Assembly: GCA_030390025.1 (NCBI GenBank)
Contig: CM059432.1
Span: 113,524,001 to 113,588,000 of the forward strand
Reading direction: 5' to 3'
Origin: Squalus acanthias
Lineage: Eukaryota
Length of the DNA stretch: 64,000 nucleotides
Shown: piece after piece, positions 23,664 to 36,164 of the stretch
Position numbering within the stretch: position 1 is the stretch's first letter
Layout of the letters: the number at the start of each line of letters is the position of its first letter
Position numbers and translations under genes: made by a program
Notes under the pieces: model-generated
Seen by the model: the letters and a program-made list of their open reading frames with translations, nothing else
Told to the model about the DNA's origin: nothing
Database searches by the model: none

Positions 23664-25756
23664 TCATTTACAGAATTTACATGCATGCCCTTGGCATTTA
23701 TGACTCCAAGTTATATTTCGGGCCTCTCGGGCTAGCGCCCTTTGGGGCTCTCTCCTTTTCTGTTGGCACCTCCTGTTGCCATTCTTCGAGGGGCTGGGAC
23801 TGATGCTGGTGGCCCTTGTGGCTGGTACGCCCTCATCTTCCATGGTCCACCATTTTATCATACTCATAACAGTCCCTTCCACTCTCTGTTGTTTCCTTTG
23901 GGGTTTGTACAGTTTCATTTGATTGATGTGGCACCATTTTACCTTCTTGGGTAGTTGTAATGCATATACCAGTGGGCTAGCTTTTTCCACAATATTGTAT
24001 GGTCCCTTATACAGCGGTTCAAACACTCCTACCCGAGCATAATTCCTTACCATCACCTGCTCCCCTATGTCCCATTGCTGTGGTTTGTGTGGTTCTAAAT
24101 TAATTTTATTGGTTTGATGTTTTCTGCCAATATTCCCTGCAGCTTGTCTACAGAACTCCAACTGTTTCTTCAGGTTTCTCTCAAATCTGTCCCGAGTTAC
24201 TTCCTTCTCCTGTCTTTCAGTCAGAACAGGTACCAACAAGTGTACCTCCTAGGTCTCCCTGTCAACTCATGAGGTGAATACCCTGTTGTACGAGAGGTAC
24301 TTCCCCCTAATATTCATCAACACCAGTGGTAACCTTTTATCCCATTTCTTCTTTTGTTCATCTAGTTCTTTCCTAAGTCTGTCTTTTAGGGTTCTATTCA
24401 TGCGCTCTACAATTCCTGAGGACTGCGGATTATGGCTTACATGCCATTTCCCTTCAATACCCAGCAGTTTCAAAGTTGCTTGCATTACCTGTAAAGCCGA
24501 AACATCCTCCGGTATCAGTAACTCTTGTACCGCTTTCCTTTTTGCCTCATCTATGCCTCTCTCTCCCGGTCTCAGTGTGAGCCCCAAAAATTGTACCTCC
24601 TTTTGCCCTATCTGAGCCTTTTTAGGGTTTACCTTCAACCCGCATCGCGTTAGGAGCTGCAACAACTCCTTCAGCAACACTATATGTTCCTCAGGAGTCT
24701 TTGTGAATAGTAACAAGTCATCCACATACTGGATCAGCTTGTCCCTGCCGGAGAACCCTTCGAAACACTTAGCCATTTGCTGGGAGAATGTTGATGGACT
24801 ATTATGAAACCCTTGTGGCAGACATGTCCACGTGTACTGCTGCCCTTTAAAGGTGAAGGCAAATTTGTACTGATCTTTTCTCATCTGAATAGACAAAAAC
24901 CCATTAGAAATATCCAACACAGTGTGTACTTCCGCAGAGCTTGGTATACTGCCAATCAAATCTGCCACAGCAGCGACCGTTGGGCACATGCTGGAATGTT
25001 CTTATTTAATACCCTATAATCGATCGTCATCCTCCATGATCTATCTGGTTTCTTAACAGACCAAATCGGTGAATTTACATTTGTCGCCAGAGGTCTTCAG
25101 CCCCCTTGATCCACGAGGGACTTTACCGCTACCTCTCAATCCCTTTCTGCTTCTTTGGGGAAACTATATTGCCTCTGCAGGGTTTTCATAGGTTCTCCCT
25201 CTACTACCACCTCTACTCCGGGTATTCTCCCGCAGTCGTGTTTGTGTTGGGCAAACGGCCCCTTCTCCTGCTCTCTAATGGCTTTACTCCACTCCGGGCT
25301 TTTTTTCACTAATGCCTCCCAGCCATATGCTCCCTTTCCCTTTCCTTGCCCATCCAGCAGAATACACTGTCCTTCACTGCCCTTCCATAAACAGTGATTA
25401 ACTAGATCTATCACTAAGCCATTTGCATCCATACAGTCTGATCCCAGTACTCCTCTCTCCTCGTCCCAATGCATTAATATGCGTGCCCACTTTGTTTCGA
25501 GTGGCTCCACTTGTATGCAAAGAGGTTTTGATACCGTGCCAGCCAGCGTATTTCCCGTAAATCCTCCCCAAACGTAGGGTTCGCCGCTAGACCAATTGGA
25601 CCTCCGCGGATCCTTTGCGTTGGCCACGGTATGCAACGCCCCTGCATCTACCAGGTATTCCCCTTTCTTTCCTTCTGCTATTAAATCCACGGTCGGGCTT
25701 CCTTGGCTGTCATATCTGAGTGGGCATAGGTATGATAGCTGGCTGTTACGGCCCCT
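23664..25756 (-). pseudogene. pol: ERV pro-pol (protease, RT, internally deleted RNase H/IN N-term, IN C-term)
   Basis: YLVDAGA (D[T/S]G-like, 25640-25648), PIWSVKKPDRSWRMTIDYR, LDISNGF, LPQGFHNSP, QYVDDLL (24717-24728), HNPQSSGIVERMNRTLK and PLYKGPYNIV. Confidence 0.9.
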
Positions 25757-26600
25757 TCATTGCTCGCCGGGTGCGGAGGGTTCCAGTTTAGGTTCCCCTC
25801 CATCTCCTCCCTTGGAGGAATTGCATTTACCTCCAGCCTGGCTCACTACCTTCTCCAAGGCATGGGCCAGCTGTACTAATGCATCCTGAGACCCACCACC
25901 CCCAGGATTCTTTCTCGGTCCCTCCCTATTCCTCGGCGCATAGCACTCCTGTGCTATATGGCCGAGTTTCCCACAGTTATAGCATTCTCTGCTATCTCTA
26001 CGTGGTTGGTTACCTACACTTGTTTTTCCCACAGGTGGCCCCCTCGGCTTTGCTCCTTCATATCTCCACTGTCTCCCCTGGCCCTGTTTAGGGGCCGAGT
26101 CTGGAGTTACCTGGGGTTTCATCTCCTGTACTTTTCCTTTCTTCCCCCCTTCTACCTTGTTCCTATCCTGCTTGTCCTCCCAGAACATAATCAACTTCCT
26201 CAACACTCGAGCTTCTGTCATGCCTCTGTCTCCCAAATCAAACCCTGACATGGCTGTATTGGTAACGGGTTCCATGCGAGCTATAAGAGCTCTTAACCAT
26301 CGGCGGAGACCGTCTCCTGCCAATTGATTCCGATCCAACCCTCCTCCATGTGTTTCATTATAAACAGGCCACAATCTGCTAGCAAACGCTTCTGGGTGTT
26401 CCTGCTTCCCCTGCATAGTCTGTGCCATGATCTTAAATGGATCACCCCTTCCGTACTCGCAAGCTTCTCTTAACGTGTCGCTTAGTATTGTCCCAAGTTT
26501 CCACGGGTCGGGCATACTTGGTGTCTTGGGGTAGCCCAGCCAGAGCCGCCCCATCCAGACTAAAAAGCAAACACCTCTTTTTCTTGAATTCGTCGAAACC
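25757..26600 (-). pseudogene. gag: ERV gag (5'-truncated)
   Basis: CX2CX4HX4C knuckle CYNCGKLGHIAQEC (25943-25984), a capsid-like QGKQEHPEAFASRL segment and a C-terminal PSAP. The first ~15 aa of the track ORF come from the adjacent SINE. Confidence 0.85.
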
Positions 26601-26975
26601 CTGTTGTCATGTAGAAAACACGGCAGCCAATTTGCGCACAGCAAGCTCCCACAAACAGCAATGTGATAATGACCAGATAATCTGTTTTAGTGATGTTGAT
26701 TGAGGGATAAATATTGGCCAGGACAACGGGGATAACTCCCCTGCTCTTCTTCGAAATAGTGCCATGGGATCTTTTACATCCACCTGAGAGGGCAGACAGG
26801 GCCTCAGTTTAACGTCTCACCCGAAAGACGGCACCTCTGACAGTGCAGCGCTCCCTCAGCACTGCACTGGAATGTCAGCCTACATTTTTGTGCTCAAGTC
26901 TCTGGAGTGGGACTGTGAAGCCACAACCTTCTGACTCAGAAGCGAGTGTGCTACCCACTGAGCCACTGGCTGACA
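26601..26975 (-). mobile_element. Deu-domain SINE, 3'-truncated at the ERV junction
   Basis: Homologous to 16381-16845 but lacks the 3' tail. Confidence 0.85.
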
Positions 26976-28760
26976 CACATAGAGGGTTATGCTGATAGAG
27001 TTAGATAAGGAAAGACGGGAGAAGGCTTGAGTGGAGCATAAATGCCGGCATGGACTGGTTGGGCTGAATGGCCTGCTTCTGTGCTGTATATCCTATGTAA
27101 TGTAATCCTATGCATGCTCCGGTCGAGTGGAATGAATGCTTTGAAGGCGGGAGAGTACAAGAACAGGAAGAGACCAAAAAAAAAGCTAGATTCAATTTGC
27201 TGCAGTGTATGTGAGAATCACCTCAATTAGTTGAGTGAGCCTTTGGCTTAGTGGTAGCATTCCTGCCTCTGAGTCAGTAGATGCAGGGTCTGAACCCCGC
27301 TCCAAATAGTCCTGGCGAGTGGAGACTGGAGCTCTGAATTCTGAGCTTAAATCTAATGGGGATGCTCGCGTCCGGTGGAAGTGGTTGTCCGCACTCCGCA
27401 CCTCCCAACCCCCAAACTCAGAACCTCATCAGCCTGCAAATCTTTCCACTATTTTACACTATTCTCCAAGGGAAGTGTATGAAGATACAAAAAGCAAACA
27501 AACAATTAGTTTTCAATTTTAATTGTAGTGTGTGTTGCCCAAACTTCCCATCTCCCCTCTAACCCCTCCCCTCCCAGTGAACGGCACCTCTCGGTATTGA
27601 GACGAATCGAATCCTCTTCAATCAAACAGATGAGCTCCAGCCATACACCAGACATTACATCAGTTTCTGCACACCACCTTTCCTAAAGAGATCGCAGCTC
27701 CCTTTAAAGACCTGCCTTCTCTTCTGGAATGGCCATAAATGATAGAAAATTTGTCAACATTTAATATCAGACCTGCAGAACATTGCACTGCTTTTCTTGG
27801 GTTCACTTCCTTTTAAATACATTGTTAAATGAATTTACTACTTGCCATGTTTAAAGTGACTTTTGCATATTTATACAATCCAAATGCCAAAGTGATCTGA
27901 AAGCAAACCTGTTTATAACTGAATGGAAATACATATGTTGCTCCAAATGGTTGAGACATATGTGGATGAAAATGAAAACAACCCAACATCGAAGATAATG
28001 TCCCAATTTGTGACATTTTGTGAAGCCTACCTCTTTTCAATAAATTGTCGGCTGATGCAAATACTTGCAGCAATGCGACACAGGACTGGCATATACATGT
28101 TGAATCAAATCAGCTTGTGCAAACATGTCGGTTCTTTGTTACATTTTTCAGCTCAAGCTATTTTTTAGCCTCTGTATCTCGTGAAGATGCCCTGGTGACT
28201 TGATTTGCTCATATCTATAACTAATGGGTACAAGAAACAACAGGAAATTTTTGGTGTATGCCTTGTGAAAAACTTTTCAGAGCACCTGGTGCCCTTTTAA
28301 TCGGGAAATGGCCTGCGATGCAAACAGAACTATAGCTGAGAAAAAGTTTAAAGGGAGGGAAGTAAATATAAGAAGAATTTGCATTTGCATAGCACTTCAG
28401 GTCCTCGGTATGGTCCAAAGAGCTTTACAACAAATCAATTGCTTTTCAAGTGAAGTCACTTGTTATGTAAGCGAATGTGGTAGCCAGTTTGTGCAAAATA
28501 AGGTCCCACAAACAGCAAATAAATGAATGATCAGATAATCCATATTTGGTGGTTGAGGGAGGAATGTCAGCCAGGACACTGGGAGGGTTTTCTGCTCTTC
28601 GAATAGTGCTATGGGATCTTTTGTAGGCTGTCCGGGTCTCTGTTTAATGGCTCATCTGAAAGACACCACCTCCGACAATATAGTAATTGAGTTTATCACG
28701 ATCGATCTATTTTGTTGTTTTGCTCTGAAAGATGAGAACTATTGCACTTTTTTGCCTTAG

Positions 28761-28963
28761 CTTTCAGGATTTTGATATCCAGAGCTCTGCTTGGTGCAGT
28801 TCAGACTGGCTAACTATCGGAACGTACAAAAGCCTTGAAGGAACTCGAGTGTGTGGTTCATCCATCCCAGCACCTTACATTTCTTCAAAAGACCACGTCT
28901 GGATTAAGTTTCATTCAGATGACAGGTACACTGGAAAAGGCTTCCGGCTGTCTTATGTCACAG
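28761..28963 (+). CDS. LRP12: LRP12 exon 4 (CUB1 second half)
   Basis: tttgccttAG acceptor and G|GTATGT donor. Encodes SFQDFDIQ...CGSSIPAPYISSKDHVWIKFHSDD...KGFRLSY; phase consistent with the neighbouring exons. Confidence 0.95.
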
Positions 28964-29024
28964 GTATGTATAGAATTGGTGAGTTTTTTTTTAAGAAGTG
29001 AAATGTACCTTGTTTTTCTGTTCT

Positions 29025-29345
29025 GGCCCTCCCTATCTCTTTGACCTCCTACAGCCCTACAACCCTCTGAGATCTCTGCGCTCCTCCAATTCTGGCCTCT
29101 TGTGCATCCCTGATTTTAATCGCTCCACTATTGGCGACCATGCCTTCAACTGGAATTCCCTCCCTAAACCTCTTCATGTCTCTAGCTCTCTCTCCTCCTT
29201 TAAGACACTCCTTAAAACCTACATCACCTGTCCTAATATTTCCGTATGTGGCTCAGTGTCAAATTTTGTTTGATAACGCTCCTGTGAAGCGTCTTGGGAC
29301 ATTTTACTACGTTAAAGGCGCTAGATAAATACAAGTTGTTGTTGT
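29025..29345 (+). mobile_element. L2 3' fragment
   Basis: Homologous to 14640-15000. Confidence 0.85.
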
Positions 29346-29546
29346 CGTCTTGCCATCTTCAGAAATGACAAGGAGTTGTTGGGCAGCGAGTTTCTGTTAT
29401 GCACCCAGTTACCATATTCCAGGCTAACCTCTTGAACTTGGTTTCGAAGGAAAGATAACACCAAAAATGTTTTCGCAAAATTCATATTTCAGTTCCTTCT
29501 ACGTCAGTGTTTTTAACCTACACTAGCAATTTTGTGACATGCTGAT

Positions 29547-29654
29547 CAATGTTCCCTCTAATTGTTGCTGCGCGGCCCATTCCAAAATCCACGCATGCGC
29601 GGTTTTTGCACTTAGAAGCTGGCTCACCGACTGCACGGCTTAAAGGGAACGTTG
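29547..29654. mobile_element. 108-bp hAT-type MITE
   Basis: 15-bp TIRs CAATGTTCCCTCTAA / rc CAACGTTCCCTTTAA. Exact 8-bp TSD ATGCTGAT at 29539-29546 and 29655-29662. Confidence 0.8.
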
Positions 29655-30610
29655 ATGCTGATGTATGTGCAAGCACATCATTAATGAGACTCCATTATCA
29701 CCAAGTTGTGAATTTGCATTTATGTAGTGCGTTTCACATCCCAAAGCGCATCGCAGCCAACTAATTACTTTTGAAGTGTAGTTACTGTTTTGTAGGCAAA
29801 AGTGTCAGTCAATTTGCATACAGCAGGGTCCCACAGAAAAGCAGTGAGATAAATTGCCCGTTAATTTGTTTGTGGTGGTATTGGTTGAGGGATAAATGTT
29901 GCTCATAACATTGGGAACATAGAAACAGGATTGGGCCCCCAAGCCCTTTGAGCCAGTTCCGCCATTCATTTAGATCATGGCTGATCTGTATCTTAACTCC
30001 GTCTACCCAACTTGGTTCTGTAACCCTTAACAGCCTTGCCTAACAAAACTCTATTAATCTCAGTTTTGAAATTTTCAATTGACCTCAACAGCTTTTTGGG
30101 GGGGAGAGAGTTCCAGATTTCCACTACCCTTTGTGTGAAGTAGTGCTTCCTGACATTACCCCAAGAAAGACCTAGTTCTACATTTAATGTTATGCCCCCT
30201 TGTTCCAGACTCCCCCGCCAGAGAAAATAATTTCTCTCTACCCTATCGAATCCTTTAATCATCTTAAACACCTCAATTAGATCGAACCTTAATCTTCTAT
30301 ACTCAAGGGAATACAAGCCTAGTCTATGCAACCTGTCTTCATAATTTAACCCTTTTAGCCCCGGTATCATTCTGGTGAATCTGCACTGCACCCTCTCCAA
30401 AGTCAGTATATCCTTCCTGAGGTGCGGTGCTCCGAGCTGAACGCAGTACACTAAATAGAGTCTAACCAAACCTTTATATAACTGTAACATAATTTCCACC
30501 CCTTTGTATTCCAGCCCTCTTGAGATAAAGGCCAACATTCCATTAGCCTTTTAAATTATTTTTTGTACCTGTCCACTAGCTTTTAGTGATTTCTGTACAT
30601 GGACCCCTAG

Positions 30611-31897
30611 ACAGAGTCAACATGGTTTTATGAAAGGGAAAACGTGTTTGACAAATTTATTAGAGTTTTTTGAGGATGTAACTAGCAGGGTAGATAAAGG
30701 GGAACCAGTGGATGTAGTATACTTGGATTTACAAAAGGCATTCGATAAGGTGCCACATAAAAGGTTATTACACAAGATTAGGGCTCATGGGGTTGGGGTA
30801 ATATAGTAGCATGGATTGGTTAACGGACAGAAAACAGAGAGTAGGGATAAATGGATCTTTTTCAGGTTGGCAGGCTGTAACTAGTGGGGTGCCGCAAGGA
30901 TCAATGTTGGGGCCTCAGCTATTTACAATCTATATTAATGACCTAGATGAAGGGACCGAGTGTAATGTATCCAAGTTTGCTGATCATACAAAGCTAGGTG
31001 GGACAGTAAGCTGTGAGGAGAACACAAAGAGTCTGCAAAGGGATATAGATAGACTAAGTGAGTGGGCAGTAAGGTGGCAGATGGAGTATAATGTAGGGAA
31101 ATGCGAGGTTATTCACTTTGGTAGGAAGAATAGAAAAACAGAATATTTTTTAAATGGTGAGAAACTTTCAAATGTTGGTGTTGAGAGAGATTTGGGTGTC
31201 CTCGTGCAAGAAACACAGAAAGCTAGCATGCATGTACAGCAAGCAATAAGGAAGGCAAATGGCATGTTGGCCTTTATTGCAAGGGGGTTGGAGTATAACA
31301 GTAAGGAAGTCTTGCTACAATTGTACAGGGCCTTGGTGAGACCACACCTGGAGTACTGTGCACAGTTTTGGTCTCCTTATCTAAGGAAGGATATACTTGC
31401 CTTGGAGGCGGTGCAATGAAGGTTCACTAGATTGATTCCTGGGATGAGAGGGCTGTCCTATGATGAGAGATTGTGTAGAATGGGCCTATATGCTCTGGAG
31501 TTTAGAAGAATGAGAGGTGATCTCATTGAAACATACAAGATTCTGAAGGGGATTGACAGGGTAGATGCTGAGAGGTTGTTTCCCCTGGCTGGAGTGTCTA
31601 GAACTAGGGGGCATAGTCTCAGGATAAGGGGTAGGCCATTTAAGACTGAGATGAGGAGGAATTTCTTCACTTAGAGGGTTGTGAATCTTTGGAATTCTCT
31701 GCCCCAGAGGGCTGTGAATGCTGAGTCTTTGAGTATATTCAAGGCTGAGATAGATAAATTTTTGGACTCTAGGGGAATCAAGGGATATGGAGATTGGACG
31801 GGAAAGTGGAGTTGAGGTCGATGATCAGCCATGATCTTACGGAATGGGGGCTCGAGGGGCTGTATGGCCTACTCCTGCTCTTATTTCTTATGTTCTT
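30611..31897 (+). mobile_element. 5'-truncated CR1 inserted antisense in a CR1
   Basis: RT motifs GVPQGSMLGPQLF, RPHLEYC and RMRGDLIE, and a tail ending TCTTATGTTCTT. Confidence 0.9.
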
Positions 31898-32153
31898 AAA
31901 TCTCCCTGCTCCTCCACAGTTCCTAGCTTCTCACCATGTAGAAAATACTCTGATCTATCTTTTTTGTGTCCAAAGTTGATGACCTCATATTTCACCACAT
32001 TGAACTCCATCTGCCACAGTTTTGCCTGCTCACTTAATCTATCAATATCCCATTGCAACTTTCTGCTCCCATCTACACTATTTACTGTGACACCTAACTT
32101 GGTGTAGTCAGCAAACATGGATATATGGCTCTCTATTCCTTCATCTAAGTCAT

Positions 32154-32526
32154 GGGCAACACGGTGGCATAGTGGTTAGCACTGGTGCCTCACAGCGCCA
32201 GGGACCCGGGTTCGAATCTGACCTCAGGTGACTGTCTGTGTGGAGTTTGCACATTCTCCCCGTGTCTGCGTGGGTTTCCTCCGGGTGCTCCGGTTTCCTC
32301 CCACAGTCCAAAAATGTGCGGGTTAGGTTGATTTGGCTATGATAAATTGACCCTTAGTGTTAGGGGGAATTAAATACGTGGGGTTATGGGGGTAGGGTGG
32401 GATATGTGTACTGTGGGGATTAAAGCAGGGACAGGGTACTGGATTTGGATGATCAGCCATGATCGTATTGAATGGTGGAGCAGGCTCGACGGGCCGAATG
32501 GCCTACTCCTGCTCCTAGATTCTATG
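32154..32526 (+). mobile_element. HE1-like V-SINE
   Basis: tRNA-like head, V-domain TGTGTGGAGTTTGCACATTCTCCCCGTGTCTGCGTGGGTTTCCTCCGG and a CR1-derived tail. Confidence 0.85.
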
Positions 32527-35062
32527 TTTATAAATATAGTGAAAAGCTTAGGCCCCAGTACAGATCCCTGGGGGACACCACTAGCCACATCCTGCCAATT
32601 GGAGTACAGACCCATTGTTCCATTGTCAATAAGTTGCCTCCAATTTGATGTGTTCTCATTTTTGTTTTCAGTCTCTTATGTGGAACCTAATTGAGAACTC
32701 CCCAGCTCTTCTTTGAATGATGCATTGGGATCTTTTGCACCCACTGGAATAGTCAGAGTGATACACTCAAAATCTTAATTATCGTGCAATCTAATTCTCC
32801 TCTCCCACAGACATGTCATATTTTTCTGCCGCCCATGTAGTTTGACTATTCTGCGCAGTTTTGAAATAAGATTTTTGATTATTGTTGGCAGTAAGAGCTA
32901 GTTTGTGACAAATTTAATGTACAACGTCTAGATAATGCAATTTTTCCTGCATATATAGAGAGTCTGTTTCAGTGGTTCAATTCTGTTGGCAATGCCTGGT
33001 CCAAATTAGTGCTAAACATAATGAAAATGTTAACAGGCAGTCTGGAGGAGGCATTTGGTAGAGATATTGCCCCTCTCACCCAGTGATTTATGACATGAAA
33101 GAGTGGGAGAAGTGGAATACATTTTTAAGCAAACAAACTGAGGTTGAAACACTTTCCCCGCCCAACCCAAAACGAGTCCTAGAATCAGTCTGTGAAGGGA
33201 CCGAATACGCTACCTCTAATGATGCTGCAGATATACTGAAAGCAACTACTTCGCTAGGGTCAGTCAGCACAGCTACTCGCGTTCATTCTCTCAAAATGAA
33301 GGTGATGCTGTGCTTATAGTGGAACCAGTGAATGCAGAAAATGACTGTAAAACTGTAAGACTGTACTTAAACATATAACTAAGTCTAATTTCTTCTGAAG
33401 TTGTGTGTTTGTAACCTATTTGACCAAAAAGTAATAAAGGTTTGTAGGTGGGTGAGGAGGGAGGGAGGGTTGGGGGCAGGGAAAGAAAAGTATTAAGTTC
33501 TGGATCAATGGTAACAAGAACCCTTTATCAAATTGCAAAGAAACCCATTTTAAACTCTGGGGATGGATCGTTTGTTGCCAATGTGCGTGGCTAGGAGTTA
33601 GTAGCTGCCATTCCTGTATAATATCTATTGGTTAATTTGGAGGTGGAGATGAGGTCTTTTATCCTGCCTCTGCTGACCCAGCTACCGTCTCGAACTGTAT
33701 ACTTTCTTACCCTTAGTTTTATATTTATTGCAATATTAACACTTCTGTAAAAGCTCTCATGCATAATTAGCCTAGCACTACTCTAAGGAAAGACTTCCTT
33801 AATTTGTTAATTGTGTCAAAATAGCTGTTGCTTCTCGCCTAATATTGCCTATCTCATTAATCAGCAATTATACGGATCATATTGGATTAATGAACGGATT
33901 AGTTGTATTCCTTTTTGAAGGTTAATTTACTGTAGGGTGTACTTAGAAGTTCACAAATATGTGAGGGGTTAAAACCTTTCCCATTTCAATATTGCACAAC
34001 CCTTAATGCACTCTGCTAGCCTAATACACTGTCTGTTCAATGCTGAGATTTCTAAAGATACCTCCTATGTTTTGTTGCTGTCACTGAGATTTAAAAAAAA
34101 GTAGCTGAACTATAGACCTGCAGCTCTTTGAGGACTTGCAGTATTGTTGCACTAAAATTTAAGAGTGGTGCAACTGGGGAAGTCCAGTGACACTGCTAAT
34201 TGGAGGACCAACTCACCGTGGCATGCATTGACTTTTTCTTCCACACTTTTCCTATCTGCAGTTATATCCTGATGGGGGAAAGAAGTGAGGAAATCTCCAA
34301 TGGGACATTCTTGTGCACTTCCCAGCTGCTAATAAACAGTTGCATTGATAACATCTATGCATTTGGCAGCCTGCCTTGCCCCCTTGGATGCAGGAGATAC
34401 ATACCATGGGAGGAAGAAGCTGTGCCCTCGTAGGAAGGTTGGGGGTACCTTCCATCAGAAAATTTAAAAAGTGGAAAAGGGAGACTAGCCTATCTTGAGT
34501 TAATGTCTTTAACTTTTGCACTTGTCACCTCTGCCTGCGGTAGGCTGTTTTTGCATTGATCCCTTCCTGGGAAAGAATTGGAAAGAAATTTTCCAGGATG
34601 GCCCATTCTCTATCTTCTGCCCCCCACACCACCTAAAATATCACCTCCTTGGTGCCAGCAACCATACTGAACTAGAGGCACAGATTGCATTCTGAATGGT
34701 GAGAGGAAGTTACAGTCATTCCAATAACAGGCTTGTAACAGCACCGTCAATATTTGCATCAATGTGTCAAGCTGGCCCTGTGTATGATATCTTCCGCTGA
34801 GAAATTAGAATCATAGAATGGTTACAGCATGGAAGGGAGCCCGTGCCAGCTCTCTGCAAAAGCACTTCAGCTGGTCCCACTCCCCACCCTTTCCCCGTAG
34901 CCCTGCAAAAAAATTTTTTTCTGAAATGGTTATGATATAAGAAAGCATGCTTTCATATAAAGATTAACTTTGAAATTTCTGCTTCTCCAGTTTGATAAAA
35001 GCCAGTTACTTGAACAAATGCTACTTTTCACATGGTGACTTATGAGTATATTTACCTTTCAG

Positions 35063-36164
35063 GAAGATTTGAAGAGGCAGGCTGTGACTGGGACCAGTTC
35101 CACTGCAACAATGGAAAATGTATCCCTGATATTTGGAAGTGCAACACCATGGATGAGTGTGGAGACAATTCTGATGAAGAGCTGTGTGAGCGGTCAATGC
35201 CCCCGACTGCTTTTCCATTTCAGCCTTGTACCTACGACCAGTTCCAGTGCCTCTCGCGATATACTGCAGCTTATACATGCTTACCTGAGGCCTTGCGATG
35301 TGACGGAAATATTGACTGCCTTGATTTGGAAGATGAAATCGATTGTGATGCCCCTAGCTGTGGGGAATGGCTGAGAAACTTTTATGGCACATTTAGTTCT
35401 CCAAATTATCCTGCATTTTATCCACCTGGTAGCAACTGCACATGGCTGATAGACACTGGAGACCGACGCAAAATCATTTTGCGTATCACTGACTTTAAGC
35501 TGGATGGCACAGGCTATGGGGATTATGTCAAAGTGTACGATGGCCTGGAGGAAAATTCACACAAGTTGCTACGTGTCCTGACCTCTTTTGATTCCCGGCC
35601 ACCCATCACGGTCATCTCTTCTTCTGGACAGGTGCGGGTACATTTCTATGCCGACAAAGTGAACGCAGCCAGAGGCTTTAACGCCACCTACCAAGTTGAG
35701 GGGTTTTGCCTTCCATGGGAGATCCCCTGTGGAGGCAATTGGGGCTGCTACACTGAGCAACAGCGCTGTGACGGCTACTGGCACTGCCCAAATGGCCGAG
35801 ATGAGCGCAACTGCAGCTCATGCCAGAAGGATGAGTTCCCCTGCTCTCGCAACGGAGTGTGCTACCCTCTGTCTGACCGTTGCAACTACCAGAACCATTG
35901 TCCGAATGGCTCGGATGAGAAGAACTGCTTCTTTTGCCAGCCTGGTAACTTTCACTGCAAGAACAACCGTTGTGTGTTTGAGAGCTGGGTGTGCGATGCA
36001 CAGGATGACTGTGGTGATGGCAGTGATGAGGAGAACTGTCCGGTGATTGTACCCACCAGGGTGATAACTGCAGCAGTGATTGGAAGTCTGATCTGTGGCC
36101 TACTCCTTGTGATTGCTCTAGGATGTACCTGCAAACTGTACTCTCTGAGAATGTTTGAACGCAG
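35063..36164 (+). CDS. LRP12: LRP12 exon 5 (2 LDLa, CUB2, 3 LDLa, transmembrane)
   Basis: LDL-receptor class A repeats (DECGDNSDE, DCLDLEDE, CPNGSDE), a CUB domain and the TM segment VITAAVIGSLICGLLLVIALGCTC. Canonical AG/GT splice sites. Confidence 0.97.

Larger units (their letters stand above)
21061..26600 (-). mobile_element. decayed endogenous retrovirus-like element, gag-pro-pol-env, lokiretrovirus-like, no recognisable LTRs
   Basis: On the - strand the order is CCHC gag, aspartic protease, YVDD RT, integrase C-terminal half with GPY, then env with furin site and TM. Multiple stops and frameshifts. Boundaries are approximate. Confidence 0.85.
29915..32690 (-). mobile_element. CR1 fragment hosting a + strand CR1 and a V-SINE
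   Basis: Minus-strand RT motifs at 29993-30538, 31888-32118 and 32527-32615, continuous across the insertions. Confidence 0.85.

Noticed and set aside
32154..32230. tRNA gene (also at 48484, 16775-16845, 26910-26975)
   Set aside because: These are tRNA-derived SINE heads that run directly into SINE bodies.
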